A stretch of DNA of 64,000 nt, from contig JAQGDQ010000619.1 of assembly GCA_030141605.1 (NCBI GenBank), positions 62,609 to 126,608 on the forward strand. The letters run 5' to 3'. The stretch comes from Tubiluchus corallicola. Lineage: Eukaryota; Animalia; Priapulida. The notes beneath the pieces are model-generated. The model searched no databases and had not been told where the DNA came from. It worked only from the letters and a program-made list of their open reading frames with translations. The stretch's first letter is position 1. Each line of letters starts with the position of its first letter. Of this stretch, positions 1-12,721 are shown piece by piece. The position numbers and the translations under genes were made by a program.

Positions 1-689
1 CTGATAATGTATTGGAATTTGATTTATTAATCACCATTGTAATAGCGTATTGTTGAAAAAATGTGAGAGCGCAATTCAAAATGTTGTAAGATTTTATGGA
101 AGGAATGTGGACTCTGCGAACCTCTTTAGTTAGACCATTCACTGAACAACCTTCAAACACTCTGATCATTATCAACGTGGTTCCCATCTCATTAGTGTCA
201 ATTTATTTCATTTTTTTCATTGGCAAGAAATACCTCTCTGCGGAATAGTTCACGGATGAATCAGATGATTAGCACAGCAGTTGAGTGATTAAATTAGAAA
301 TAGCAGAGGTTTCCTAATCACACTGGCAGTGTATTTCCGAATTCCACAGGGAAGGCCACTCCATTGTGAGAACACATTTATTATTTTTACCGTAATTACC
401 ACCAGGGGGTGTTAATGGTCGTGGTGGTTCTTTTATAAATGCCAGAGCAAGGTCAAGTGCAGTGGATAGCATCACAAGAGTGGTTTTGTGACAGAAGTAG
501 ATGACCTTAAAAATGCATGCAGTGACTTGTAAGAAAAGCATGTAAATGATGTGACAAGTAGCTTGATGGTTCAGTGAGCATAACAGGCTGAGAGAAATAA
601 ATACGTTGTTAACTGAAGCTTTCTTAACGTTTAAAGTAGCCAGTGTGCTGAAATTGCAATATGCATTTAAAGTCGCTTTCAAGGATTAA

Positions 690-1395
690 AGCACAAGAAA
701 ACCCTCCACTTACGTAAAGCTTAAAAAATTTGTCTCGAAATTTTATAGCATACAAGATTTAATTCGGCCGTAACGCTGTATAAAACGTGTACTGTAAATT
801 TAAACTTCCGCGATGACCGTTAGGCGCAGCCATTTTGATGATAAATCGTTTGAAACAAGTTTAGATAACAAAATAAATAATGTTATCTTTTGATAACATG
901 GTTTCATATTTGATAACACTTGATAAGTAAAGTTTGAAAAAATAATCAGAGCATTCGTAGCACACATGTTGGTAGTTAAGTAAAATTTTAAATTACTGTA
1001 TCTTGTCAATAAGATTAAAAATACGTTTTTGGTTAGTGAGTGGCACACTCTGGAGGGTGAGTCAGCGACTTTTTACCAATTGGTGAAAACATTTTAAATT
1101 ATTAATCTAGTTACATAAGTCTTTACAGCGAGTAAGTGAAATGCTAAGTAATACAGATTTGCACGGAAAGTTTTTCGGATCATAATTTAACATTGCCTTT
1201 TCTTCCCCTGATTTACGTGGCGTAGTGACGTCAACTAATGGCGCCGTCGGAACAGTATTGCGGGAGATTTAAAATGAAAACAAACAAAAATTCCTTTCAA
1301 CACGAATACGATATGTGCATAAAATTGCTGTAAAGAAATATAATTTTTAAAGCGATTTTTCTGAAACCTACTTCAGGTGCCCCTTTTCTTTTCCT
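690..1395. mobile_element. Non-autonomous DNA transposon (Kolobok-like MITE), copy 1
   Basis: Flanked by TTAA at 686-689 and 1396-1399. Imperfect TIRs AGCACAAGAAAACC / rc AGGAAAAGAAAAGG. Colinear and highly similar to 1981-2654. TTAA TSD with AG..CT termini is the Kolobok pattern. Confidence 0.7.
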
Positions 1396-1980
1396 TTAAA
1401 CCCTATACTATACGTCACAGCTAAAACTTATTTGTGCTGTATACTGTAAGTCCTAAGTTACAGTGACGAAACAATAGTTTATGTTTACAGGACCGTAAAC
1501 TATCTTTTAAATCAAAGTTGATTTTATGGTGTACTGCTCCTTTAATCGTTGCCATGTTTTAATCACGTATCTGCCGTCAAACTTAAAATTTCCCAACGAC
1601 CCAATAAAGCATATGAATCAACAGTGAGCCAAATCCGTTGCCAACTGAATAGTCGAGCAATTATATCCAGCTAACCAATCAATCATTCAACCAACCAAAC
1701 AATCAACTAGCTAGCTAAAAGCAACTAACCAGCAAATCAACTAACCAACCCATGAAAGGACAAACCAGTCAGTATGTCAAGCAGTCACCCCTTTGGCTAA
1801 TCAACTAGACGACCGCCCGACCAATCAACCAACTAATCAATCAAACAACCAATCAGTCTAAGACTAATTAACGCTTGCCAAAAAGTACCAAAATGAAAAG
1901 CAAAGCAGTAATAGTTTTTCTAAAGACCACTTTGTGCAGCTTACACTTACAGAGCATGACCACGTAGATGTACTTGTTAA

Positions 1981-2654
1981 AGCCCAAGAAAACCCTTCAT
2001 AAACATAAAGCTTGAAAAATTCGTTTTTAAATTTTGTATCGCTTACATACTGCCTTTTTGCATGCAGGACTTCAATCGGCAGTCACGCTGTATAAAACAT
2101 GTAAATTTAAACTCCCGCGATGACCGTTAGATGCAGCCATTTTGACGATAAGTCATTTGAAACAAGTTTAGATAACATTTTGTAAAGTTTGAAAAAATAA
2201 TCAGAGCATTCGTAGCGCGCAAGTCATTAACTAAATAAAATTTAAAAGTACTGTATCTTGTCAATAAGATTAAAAATACGTTTTTTGGTTATTGAGTGGT
2301 GCACCCTGGAGGGTGAGTCAGCGACATTCTACCAATTGGCGAAAACATTTTAAATAATTTTCTAGTTACATAAGTATTTCTAGTAGGTAAGCGACAATCT
2401 AAGTAATATAGATTTGCACGGAAAGTCTTTTGAGATATAATTTAACATTGCCTTTTCTTCCCTTGATTTACGTTTGGTACATGACGTCATGTAATGGCGA
2501 CTTCGGAACAGTATTGCGAGAGATTTAAAATGAAAACAAACAAAAATTCCTTTCAGTGCGAGTACGATATACGCATAAAATTGCTATAAAGTAGTATAAT
2601 TTCTTAAGACAATTTTTCTGAAACCTACTTCAGCTGAAAACCTTTTCTTGTCCT
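1981..2654. mobile_element. Non-autonomous DNA transposon (Kolobok-like MITE), copy 2
   Basis: TTAA at 1977-1980 and 2655-2658. TIRs AGCCCAAGAAAACC / rc AGGACAAGAAAAGG. Same orientation and internal sequence as 690-1395. Confidence 0.7.
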
Positions 2655-3590
2655 TTAAGCGCGTCATATTAAAACTGAACGAAAAGTGAAAGTTCGGTTC
2701 GCGCATGAGAAACGGGAACGTCTCCGGATTTTCGGACATTTGCGAACAATGCCGGACCGGTTTATACTCAACACAGAATGGAACTCAAAATTCACTGACC
2801 TGGATAATATAGTGCGGCGGTAAATATTTTTCAATGGAACAAATCGCATCATGTCATTCAAGACATTATTAAAGATTTTTAAGTTAATAAAGTGCTGCAT
2901 TGTTCCGTGTATGGATTAGACCATAAGTGTCTGCGCAATTGCATACTTGATGCATTGTCCAGCATGTGCAGTGGTTAACAAGAGTGTATGCAATTGCACA
3001 CTTGAGTTTTTGAGACATGTTACTTTTAAAATGGCAGCAGAAACGTTTTATTAGCTTGCTTGAAAGAAATTTGTTAAAAATATTTTCGTGTTGAGTTAGA
3101 TTATATTCTAAAATTAGTCATGAAATATTTATTAATATTTAGAGTGTATGAAATAATAAATGAAATAGATCTCTCGAGGTGACCAGTATTGAAATCACAG
3201 GAAGAGTCACAATTAATTTTGGATAGGGTTAGAGTTACTTCTTATTCCCGTCTCTTTCTTCCTGTGACGTTTTTCAGGGACTTTTTACCTGTGACGTTTT
3301 TACCTGTGGAAGTAACGGTGTTTCAGTTAAATTTTAAAGACTTCTGTAAGAGATTTAATATTAGACTAAACTAGTCCCCTAGTCCTAGTCAGCCCTCCTT
3401 CAGTGGATGCCCGTCAGGCCCAGGGATCCCTCACCAAACAACTTACATCAGTAGGCCGATTGTTCCACTGGTTCTTAGGTTTTTGAAAGCACAATCAATT
3501 ATGACTTACTGATAACTGACTAGTGAACTATGAATTTTATTTCACATATCAAAAAATACAATATCAAACACATTAATAAACTTTAAATAA

Positions 3591-3868
3591 AATAATTTGA
3601 GTAGTGCGAGGTGAGTGTATCCATACGGTCATTAACACACTCACCTTACTTAAATGAAAAAATGATTATAGTTATGCATCCTTCTGTAGATAACTTAATG
3701 TAAATAAAGATGAAGTAAATGATGTAATAATTTGAGTAGTGCGAGGTGAGTGTACGACCATGCGGTCATTTACACACTCACCTTACTTAAATGAAAAAAT
3801 GATTATAATTATGCATGCTTCTGTAGATAACTTAATGTAAATAAGGATGAAGTAAATGATGTAATAAT
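3591..3868. repeat. Direct tandem duplication, ~135 bp x2
   Basis: AATAATTTGAGTAGTGCGAGGTGAGTG... starts at 3591 and again at 3726. Confidence 0.85.
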
Positions 3869-4000
3869 AGCAATGGTATAAGAGCAATAAACCTGAAACT
3901 TGGGAAAGGAAAACTTAATATGTAATTACGACCTTGAGTGAGCCTTAAAAAGTGAATTTTTTTTTAAATAGTTACGAATATGAATTATGTGATTATCTGT

Positions 4001-4488
4001 CAATGCACCACTTACTTGTATTACAATGCACCATATTGCTTACTTGTATATACAATGATATACAATGCACCATATTACTTACTTGTATATACAATGATAT
4101 ACAATGCACCATATTGCTTACTTGTATATACAATGATATACAATGCATCACTTACTTGTATTACAATGCGCCATATTACTTACTTGTATATACAATGATA
4201 TACAATGCACCATATTGTTTACTTGTATATACAATGATATACAATGCACCATATTGCTTACTTGTATATACAATGATATACAATGCATCACTTACTTGTA
4301 TTACAATGCACCATATTACTTACTTGTATATACAATGATATACAATGCACCATATTACTTACTTGTATATACAATGATATACAATGCACCATATTACTTA
4401 CTTGTATATACAATGATATACAATGCACCATATTGCTTACTTGTATATACCATGATATACACTGTACCATATTGTTTACTTGTATATA
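4001..4488. repeat. Minisatellite with 39-bp unit and periodic 23-bp short unit (140-bp higher-order repeat)
   Basis: Unit CAATGCACCATATTACTTACTTGTATATACAATGATATA. Short units start at 4001, 4141 and 4281. Confidence 0.9.
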
Positions 4489-5070
4489 AAAGTCTTTCAA
4501 CTCGTTAGCACTTTAACAGAATGCAAATCTTTCTAGTGAAATAAATGAATTACCCATTTAATCCTAGAGGACTAGATCTACTAACTGTACAAAATCACTG
4601 CTCAATTAAAATAGTTTTGATCAATAATCAATGAAATCATTAATTACTTGTAAATGGGATCCTATTCGCTCAACTGCTTGTTGTGAAATTCTTCCCTAAT
4701 TACATTTCAATTTTTCTCCACTAATTACTACTGCAGCTGCTGCTCTGCTTTTCACGGTAGCTGAATTGCTTTTACGACCGCTTAGTGTATCAATTTTTAA
4801 TTAATTGTGTATCAACATGAACCGACTAAATGGTCGTTTTATCAAGGATTTTATTAGCGACCATGACGCCTCTCCTTGTTGCCTGGCCTAGTTTCGTGAC
4901 ATCGCACAATGTGAATTTGTTTACTTAAGACACCCTTGTGCGAATATGTGTTTATGAAAAGCGTTTTATAGATCGTAATGCATAAATTTGCTATTTATCT
5001 AGAGTCTGAGATTCAGCTGCTGAATTTAGCACGTATTATAGGCCCCGGAAACCGTTAGTTTTTCCTCAAG

Positions 5071-5455
5071 CAGGGGTGAGCATCGAACGTTCGAGTTCAA
5101 TTCGAACGAGTTTTTTTTAGTTCGAACTCGATTCGAATCCAAAACTATAGATTCGAATAATTCAGCACTTCAATCACATATGTTCTTTATCATTAAAACG
5201 ATTGAAACATCATGCAATTAGCGTAATTTAGCTGTGATTTCTGCACACAATTTTAAACAAATTACTAGTCGTTTTATTGCAGAACAAAATCTAGTGATAT
5301 GCATGATCTTTGTGAGACTAATTTTTACTGGTAGTTCGAAAATCTTTCAATCTCAATTCGAATTCGAAACACTGAAGTTCGGTTCGATTCGAATTCGAAA
5401 CTCACAAATTCGGTTCGATTCGAATTCGCTTTCTGGTAGAGAATGCTCACCACTA
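5071..5455. mobile_element. hAT-like MITE with TTCGAA-rich subterminal regions
   Basis: Ends CAGGGGTGAGCAT ... ATGCTCACCACTA (inverted), with many TTCGAA/TTCGAT motifs near both ends. No clean 8-bp TSD. Confidence 0.5.
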
Positions 5456-5561
5456 GTGTCCAATGGTCGTCTACAATGGTCGTAGTTTTCAATCATTTGT
5501 TTGTCCTGCTTCATTAGTAATTAGTTAGTAGAATTAATTATGAACACAAGCGTTTGCTTAC

Positions 5562-5688
5562 CTATATAGACGGGTTCCCATGCTGGAGGTACCCACTTGC
5601 TGACGAAGAATATGCTCAACGCTTCTGAGAGGTTCGCTTTCAGCCACACCTCATAAAAGGGGATTCCGTGGCACCATGGACAAGTGTT
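5562..5688 (-). CDS. B4GAT1: B4GAT1-like (GT49 family) glycosyltransferase, coding exon 2
   Basis: Acceptor tttcattttcag| and donor |gtaag. Encodes NTCPWCHGIPFYEVWLK...WEPVYIG, the GT49 CxxCH and WEPxYI motifs, continuing in phase 0 from ...AVPFHK of the upstream exon. Further exons should lie left of the window. Confidence 0.88.
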
Positions 5689-5774
5689 CTGAAAATGAAA
5701 GTGCACTGTGAATGGCTTCTTCGTATTGTTGAGTTCTTGTTTATATTAGTTACATTATAAGCTATATTATTGTG

Positions 5775-6665
5775 TATCATATCATATATCGTATCACATC
5801 ATATAATATCATATCATATCACATCATATCATATCATGTCATGTCATATCATATCATGTCATGTCATCTCATGTCATCTCATATCATATATCATATCATA
5901 TCATATCATATCATATCATATCACATCATATCATATCATATCATATCATATCATATCATATCATATCATATCATATCATATCATATCATATCATATCATA
6001 TCATATCATATCATATCATATCATATCATCTATAATATCATATCACGTCATATCATGTCTTGTCATGTCATGTCATGTCATATCATCTATCATGTCATGC
6101 CATATCATATCATATCATGTCATATCACATCACATCACATCACATCATATCATCTGTCATATCATCCATCATGTCATGTCATGTCATGCCATATTATATC
6201 ATGTCATATATCATATCATACCATACCATACCATACCATACCATACCATACCATACCATACCATACCATACCATATCATATCATATCATGTCATATCATA
6301 TCATATCATATCATATCATATCATATCATATCATATCATATCATATCATATCATATCATATCATATCATATCATATCATATCATATCATATCATACATAT
6401 ATCATATCACATCACATCACATCACATCATCTATCATGTCATGTCATATTATATCATGTCATATATCATATCATATCATATCATACCATATCATATCATA
6501 TCATATCATATCATATCATATCATATCATATCATATCATATCATATCATATCATATCATATCATATCATATCATATCATATCATATCATATCATATCATA
6601 TCATATCATATCATATCATATCATATCATATCATATCATATCATATCATATCGTATCATATCATC
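5775..6665. repeat. Pentanucleotide microsatellite (ATATC)n with ATGTC/ACATC/ATACC variants
   Basis: Seen directly. Source of the spurious ISYH-repeat ORFs. Confidence 0.95.
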
Positions 6666-6984
6666 AGAGTAGGCATACTACTAGATTATAGTATTAGTAT
6701 CTTATTCATATTGATTTATAGATAGATAGATAGATAACTCATACACTTTGTTTCTTGTAATTACTGTATTTTTGTAACTTATAAAAGCGCTTTTCCCTAC
6801 AAACTTAATAAATGATAAATTGAATGTGAGAAAATAAACTGAAACCGAATCTTTCGAAATGTCTGCATATGAATCAAGATTTTCTCTTGCTCTTATAGGC
6901 CCATAGCCTTGTGTGAAAAATTCTTAAATGCTTTATCAGGCACTAGAGAATGCTGCACCAATCTGTGAAGAGCGAGAATGTGAG

Positions 6985-7050
6985 AACGATCGAAGTTGAA
7001 CAAGTTTGGGTCTTGTTAGTAAATGGATGGGTGACTAGGAAAATAGCTTT
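6985..7050 (+). pseudogene. Degenerate 5S rRNA-derived fragment (probable old SINE3 head)
   Basis: GATCGAAGTTGAACAAGTTTGGGTCTTGTTAGTAAATGGATGGGTGACTAGGAAAATA resembles the 5S internal control region and the better copy at 41870. Confidence 0.5.
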
Positions 7051-7794
7051 TGGATGGCATCATCTCTCATACTGCCACCATTATCTTTTTGATTATTTAG
7101 CCATTAGGGAGGTTTCATACTTATGCTAATCAGCTATGTTTTGGTCCTGCCACATGTTAAGCAGTGTCGTGTTTAGCGTAACTGTTAATAGTTAACGAAT
7201 AAGACGGTTGATGATGTATCAAGACTTTGTATTCATGGTGAACTGTTATCTAACGACAAACGACTTTTTAAAAAGAAACTGCATTTGGAAAAATCGATGC
7301 ATTGTTAGGAGCGTTTTTGCTTGTATGGTCACATGCAATTGACCAGTGGTCTACAAAGTGATAAGTGCTGGCTCTGAACAACAGGTTTTCAGAATCGAAT
7401 GTTTTTGACCTCGTTTCAGAGAGCCTGCTCACAGGAGAGTCTTTTTTTAATTAGTTCGAGCATCTTGCAAGCACTTGCAACTTCGGCCGCCCCTTTCGGC
7501 GCGTCTTCTCATTTCACTGTCTTCCCTTCGCCTTATTTGCGTTTAATTAGCTGTAGAGGGGCAATCATCCTGATTCCATGTTTGTTCGACAGGAAAATGC
7601 TGACTGTCGCTTTTCTAAATTGCTTCAAACTGTGAAATAAGACGAGGGACTAACAAACACTACCCGTAAATATTAACAAGAATGTTGTTTTATGAACTGT
7701 GCAATAGCTTCTTTGTGGTCGTAAAGGAAAGGAAATAAATTCGACGTGAAATTTGCAAACGTATTCAAATTTTTTCAGGTTTTGTTTCGCTATG

Positions 7795-8440
7795 ATTTCA
7801 TTGCATTCTCACTACACCAGGGTTGCTAGTGGTGACTGTTTTTTTGTAGAGAGATTCCAAACCAGGTGCGGATGTAATAGTGTTAAAGAAAAGGGAGTTA
7901 AATTATGGAACTCTCTACCAAGAAACGTCACTACCATCACCAAAAATTACAAAAAATCGTTACTAGACAGATATGTATCAACATTAAAGTAATTTTTTTC
8001 TTTTACATTACTACTCATTAATATTATTCAGTAAAAAATTGTGAATCTAATATTCCGTGCAAATTCGTTCAATATGGGAAATCTACATAAATTACGACAT
8101 TGTGATTTTATCGTCATTTTATTTTACCACTGTTTGTTTCTCAAAATTAGTTTATAAACAATGCTATTGCTATTGTTTGCTACTGCTATAAACACACTTG
8201 TTGCTATTGTTGTTATGTTTGTTTTTATATTTTTCTTTTTGTTATTGCTTTATTTTGATTAGTTTATTTAAGTAATTAACAATAATTGCATCCTGTGTCA
8301 TCAATTCTTTTTTCTGTCATCAATATTAAATTATAAGGGGTGAGTGAGTAGATGACCAACGGTCTTTCCTCGTCCCATCTCCACGGATAAAGTTACTTTT
8401 TCGTAAAATGGAAATTTGTGACACATTTGGAGAAAATAAA
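7795..8440 (+). mobile_element. 3' end of an L2/Crack-like LINE
   Basis: Peptide HSHYTR...KGVKLWNSLP...YKKSLLDRY is typical of the L2/Crack ORF2 C-terminus. It is followed by an AT-rich 3' UTR ending in AATAAA plus a repeat tail. Confidence 0.65.
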
Positions 8441-8848
8441 TGTCTATGTCTATATGTCTATGTCTATGTCTATGTCTATGACTGTGTCTATGTCTATGTC
8501 TATGACTGTGTCTATGTCTATGTCTATGACTATGTCTATGTCTATGTCTATGTCTATGTCTACGTCTATGTGTCTATGACTATGTCTATGTCTATGTCTA
8601 TGTCTATGTCTATGTCTATGTCTATGACTATGTCTATGACTATGTCTATGTCTATGTCTATGTCTATGTCTATGACTATGTCTATGTCTATGTCTATGTC
8701 TATGTCTATGTCTATGTCTATGTCTATGTCTATGTCTATGTCTATGTCTATGTCTATGTCTATGTCTATGTCTATGACTATGTCTATGACTATGTCTATG
8801 ACTATGTCTATGTCTATGTCTATGACTATGTCTATGTCTATATGTCTA
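8441..8848 (+). repeat. (TGTCTA)n hexanucleotide microsatellite, expanded LINE tail
   Basis: Starts immediately after AATAAA of the LINE 3' end. Confidence 0.9.
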
Positions 8849-9739
8849 TATATATTACAGATGTTACATTATTTGACACTGACTATTATGGGAAAAGAAT
8901 GATGTGATTTGCAAACGAATTGGTCTTTGCGTTTGTATTTTATCGGCAGTTTTCGCATCTCTCCAGCTGTGCAATGATACATTTTCTACCTCATTACTAA
9001 TCTGGACACGTTTAATTTACGCATACGCGATTGTAGAAGGCCGTATTTTTTTGTTTTTAAGTTTTTGTATAAAAGCTTACAAGGTGTTTCTAGTGATTGG
9101 CATAATCGCAGTAAGCTCTCAACACCATTAAATAAACCATCAGCACAAAGCTAGTAATAAACTATTATTCGCATAATATTACATGATATACTAAATCACA
9201 GGGTTATTAAGTTAAATTTTCCTTCAACTTAATAACGATTTTTTTGAGTTTTTTCGTACTATAAATACCCATATTACTGTAATTATTACAAAGCATTATA
9301 AAAATAACCGTAAGATGAAGGCTATGACCTTGGCTTTTAAATTTCAATACTGGTGAACTGTTTTATAAAATGTAAAGATGATGTGGCGTTTATGTGTTTA
9401 TGTTTATATAGTAAACTTCATACGATAAGCTTTTGTAGATCCAATGTATCTACTTAAATTGTGCATTAAACTGTAATGGAACAATTGTGTAAACTGACTT
9501 TTGAATGAGATGTTTTATAATTGATTCACTGAATTCAGAAATCAGATTCAGAAATTACTGAATCACTTTAAATAAACTGAATTTGAATTTGAAATAAATT
9601 GAATAGTTCAATCTAGATGACTAACAAACAAGAAGTCACCGAGTAGCAATCTGTATGGTTGTTAATCAAAGCAGAAATCACTTTCAACCAGGAATTACTA
9701 ATTAGAAGGTTTCTGTGTTTCTAGCAGGCGAGCATTAAA

Positions 9740-10160
9740 AAATGGACATTAAAAGCAAATCATCAAGCTGAAATCGATGCGTTTCAAATGTGAAATTACA
9801 GAAACATTTTGGGTATTAGATGGCCAAAGAAAATTTCAAACAAAGATCTATATGAAAAAATAAAAGAAGAACCTTGGACAAGAAAAACAAAAAGACGCCG
9901 TTTAAGATGGATTGGGCACATGCTTAGACTACCTGATGATATTCCAGTGAAGATAGCTCTTCAACAAGCCATAAAACCAGCTAAAAAACCTGCAGGAGGA
10001 CAAATGTTAACATATTTAGATTTTGCACAGAAAGATTTAAACACTTCAGCATTGATCCTTAGAGATAAATGCATTTGGGGCCTTGCAGCGAGTAGGGAGT
10101 CCTGGCATAGAGGTGAGCAGAATCATGTCACTGGACGTATGATTCATTGGATGACGATGA
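9740..10160 (+). mobile_element. 3' fragment of an RTE-group (Proto2-like) LINE
   Basis: GIRWPKKISNKDLYEK...RRRLRWIGHMLRLPDDIPVKIAL is the post-RT region of RTE-group ORF2. Ends in a (GAT)n tail. Confidence 0.75.
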
Positions 10161-10633
10161 TGATGATGATGATGATGATCTGGCATAGGGAGGTGAACAG
10201 AATCATGTCACTGGCCGTATGGTTCATTGGATGATGATGATGATGATGATGATTATGATCTGGCACAGGGAGGTGAACAGAATCATGTCCCTGGACGTGT
10301 GATTCATTGGATGATGATGATGATGATGATGATGATTATGATCTGGCACAGGGAGGAGGTGAACAGAATCATGTCCCTGGGCGTGTGATTCACTGGATGA
10401 TGATGATGATGATCTGGCACAGGGAGGTGAACAGAATCATGCCCCTGGACGTGTGATTCATTGGATGATGATGATGATTATGATTATGATGATGATTATG
10501 ATCTGGCACAGGGAGGTGAACAGAATCATGTCACTGGACGTATGATCAATTGGATGATGATGATGATTATGATCTGGCATAGGGAGATGAACAGAATCAT
10601 GCCCCTGGACGTGTGATTCATTGGATGATGATG
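10102..10633 (+). repeat. Seven tandem copies of a ~50-bp LINE terminal segment, each followed by a variable (GAT)n tract
   Basis: Unit CTGGCACAGGGAGGTGAACAGAATCATGTCCCTGGACGTGTGATTCATTG+(GAT)n at about 10102, 10180, 10260, 10343, 10414, 10503 and 10574. Confidence 0.9.
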
Positions 10634-11497
10634 TGTTTCCAGAGTGCAAGAACGATTGAGGTGAGGCGAAACCCACGAGATAAGGAGAAAAACGAGTATA
10701 AAAAAATCATTTACTCCGCGATCACCAATCGATCGTGATAGAGACAGATCGATATTCAAAGTTAAACATCAAGAAATATCCAAGACTTGAAATTATCTAG
10801 GCCTACACTTGTACAGGCATCTGTAACAGCCTGAACTTGTCCAGACAATGAAATTACAGCTCTGTGTTAACATAAGTTTGCTGAAAATTATATTCTTATA
10901 TACCTATGTGTACAAAGTAGTTTTCTTATATTCGCCTCACGTTGTTACTTTTAAAATTTGCGGAAGTTCTATTGTCAGTATTCCTTAAGGCCAACACAAT
11001 GACTCTAAGTGCAATAAAACTATTTGTATTGTTGTAATAATAATGGCCCAAGGTATGATTAATAGACAAAAGGGTAACTATAAAATATAGACAAGTAAGA
11101 TAGCGAAAGATTATAGCTACCACGACGTCTGTTATCTTTGTAATTATAAATACGATAATGGTGACGGTAATGACGATGGTTATGATGTTGATGATGATGA
11201 TAAGTTTAAAAGACAATGGCGAAAGTAATAACAACTAAAAGTGGGGATGGTGATGATGATGATAACAGTAACAGTGAACGTCGCTGTGATTATGATTTTA
11301 CTTGGCATTCTCATACATATAGATCTCTTGTAGTTGGGTCATCATGTCAGATGCTGGATTATTTATCATGATAAAATAAAACAGCTAAAACGTCGCTATT
11401 TGTCTAAACTGCTGCTGGTTTATGTGTGAGTCACAAGACAGTGTTTTTGTTGTTGTCGTCATTGCTGCTCTTAAGATTTCTTGTGCTATTTCTTTGC

Positions 11498-12308
11498 ATA
11501 GCATTCCTAGCACCAGTACCAAAAGATGAACTTGACATACCGAATCTTATCATACTTTTATTGAAGTTATGTTTGTTTTTATAGCATTCCTAGCATGAGT
11601 ACCAAAAGTTGAACTTGACAAACCGAATCTTTTGATATAATCATACTTTTATTGAAGTTATGTTTGTTTTTATAGCATTCCTAGCATGAGAACCAAAAGT
11701 TGAACTTGACAAACCGAATCTTTTGATATAATCATACTTTTATTGAAGTTATGTTTGTTTTTATAGCATTCCTAGCATGAGTACCAAAAGTTGAACTTGA
11801 CAAACCGAATCTTTTGATATAATCATACTTTTATTGAAGTTATGTTTGTTTTTATAGCATTCCTAGCATGAGAACCAAAAGTTGAACTTGACAAACCGAA
11901 TCTTTTGATATAATCATACTTTTATTGAAGTTATGTTTGTTTTTATAGCATTCCTAGCATGAGTACCAAAAGTTGAACTTGACAAACCGAATCTTTTGAT
12001 ATAATCATACTTTTATTGAAGTTATGTTTGTTTTTATAGCATTCCTAGCATGAGAACCAAAAGTTGAACTTGACAAACCGAATCTTTTGATATAATCATA
12101 CTTTTATTGAAGTTATGTTTGTTTTTATAGCATTCCTAGCATGAGTACCAAAAGTTGAACTTGACAAACCGAATCTTTTGATATAATCATACTTTTATTG
12201 AAGTTATGTTTGTTTTTATAGCATTCCTAGCATGAGAACCAAAAGTTGAACTTGACATACCGAATCTTATTATACTTTTATTGAAGTTATGTGTGTTTTT
12301 ATAGCATT
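11498..12308. repeat. Minisatellite, 91-bp unit, ~9 copies, alternating variants (182-bp dimer)
   Basis: TAGCATGAG recurs at 11591, 11682, 11773 and onward. GAGTACC and GAGAACC variants alternate. Confidence 0.95.
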
Positions 12309-12721
12309 TTTCGAATGCGCGCGAAGCACCTACAGCGTTTAAATCAGAGCAGAACGCAGTACTTCAATTACTCTCTCCTCAAGGCAGTTGTTGTCACAGT
12401 TAAAGAAAGAAAAAGCAATGGCAAGGACATAAAAGAGAACTATTATTTCACGCCCTTAATCCTGACAATATTGTGAGTGGCGCACTACATGCTTTCGCTT
12501 TTATTCAACGCAATTTTATTATTGCAGTGGTGTTAACAAGCGTGTACGAAAACGTTGGGATTATCAGAAACGTATTGCCGTTTTCGTTATTCTTGATTGA
12601 GAAAGAGGATTTTCATGGACACGTCGTTATAGTAATGATTTCAGCAGGATCTTGTACTTTGCTGTATGATTTTGTTAGTGTTGTGAATCAGTTTCTGTTA
12701 TTGCATGTTATAAAACTCATC

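Noticed and set aside
1945-2000. Minus-strand peptide FLGFNKYIYVVML followed by gtaagt, resembling the GT49 GFN motif (candidate exon 3)
   Set aside because: It straddles a MITE terminus, has an upstream in-frame stop, and lacks an acceptor and the DER motif.
5770-6725. Long ORFs up to 300 aa (ISYH repeats)
   Set aside because: Translations of (ATATC)n, open in several frames, with no protein features.
10102-10633. Constant repeat with variable spacer, CRISPR-like layout
   Set aside because: The spacers are only (GAT)n of different lengths, and the repeat is a LINE terminus.
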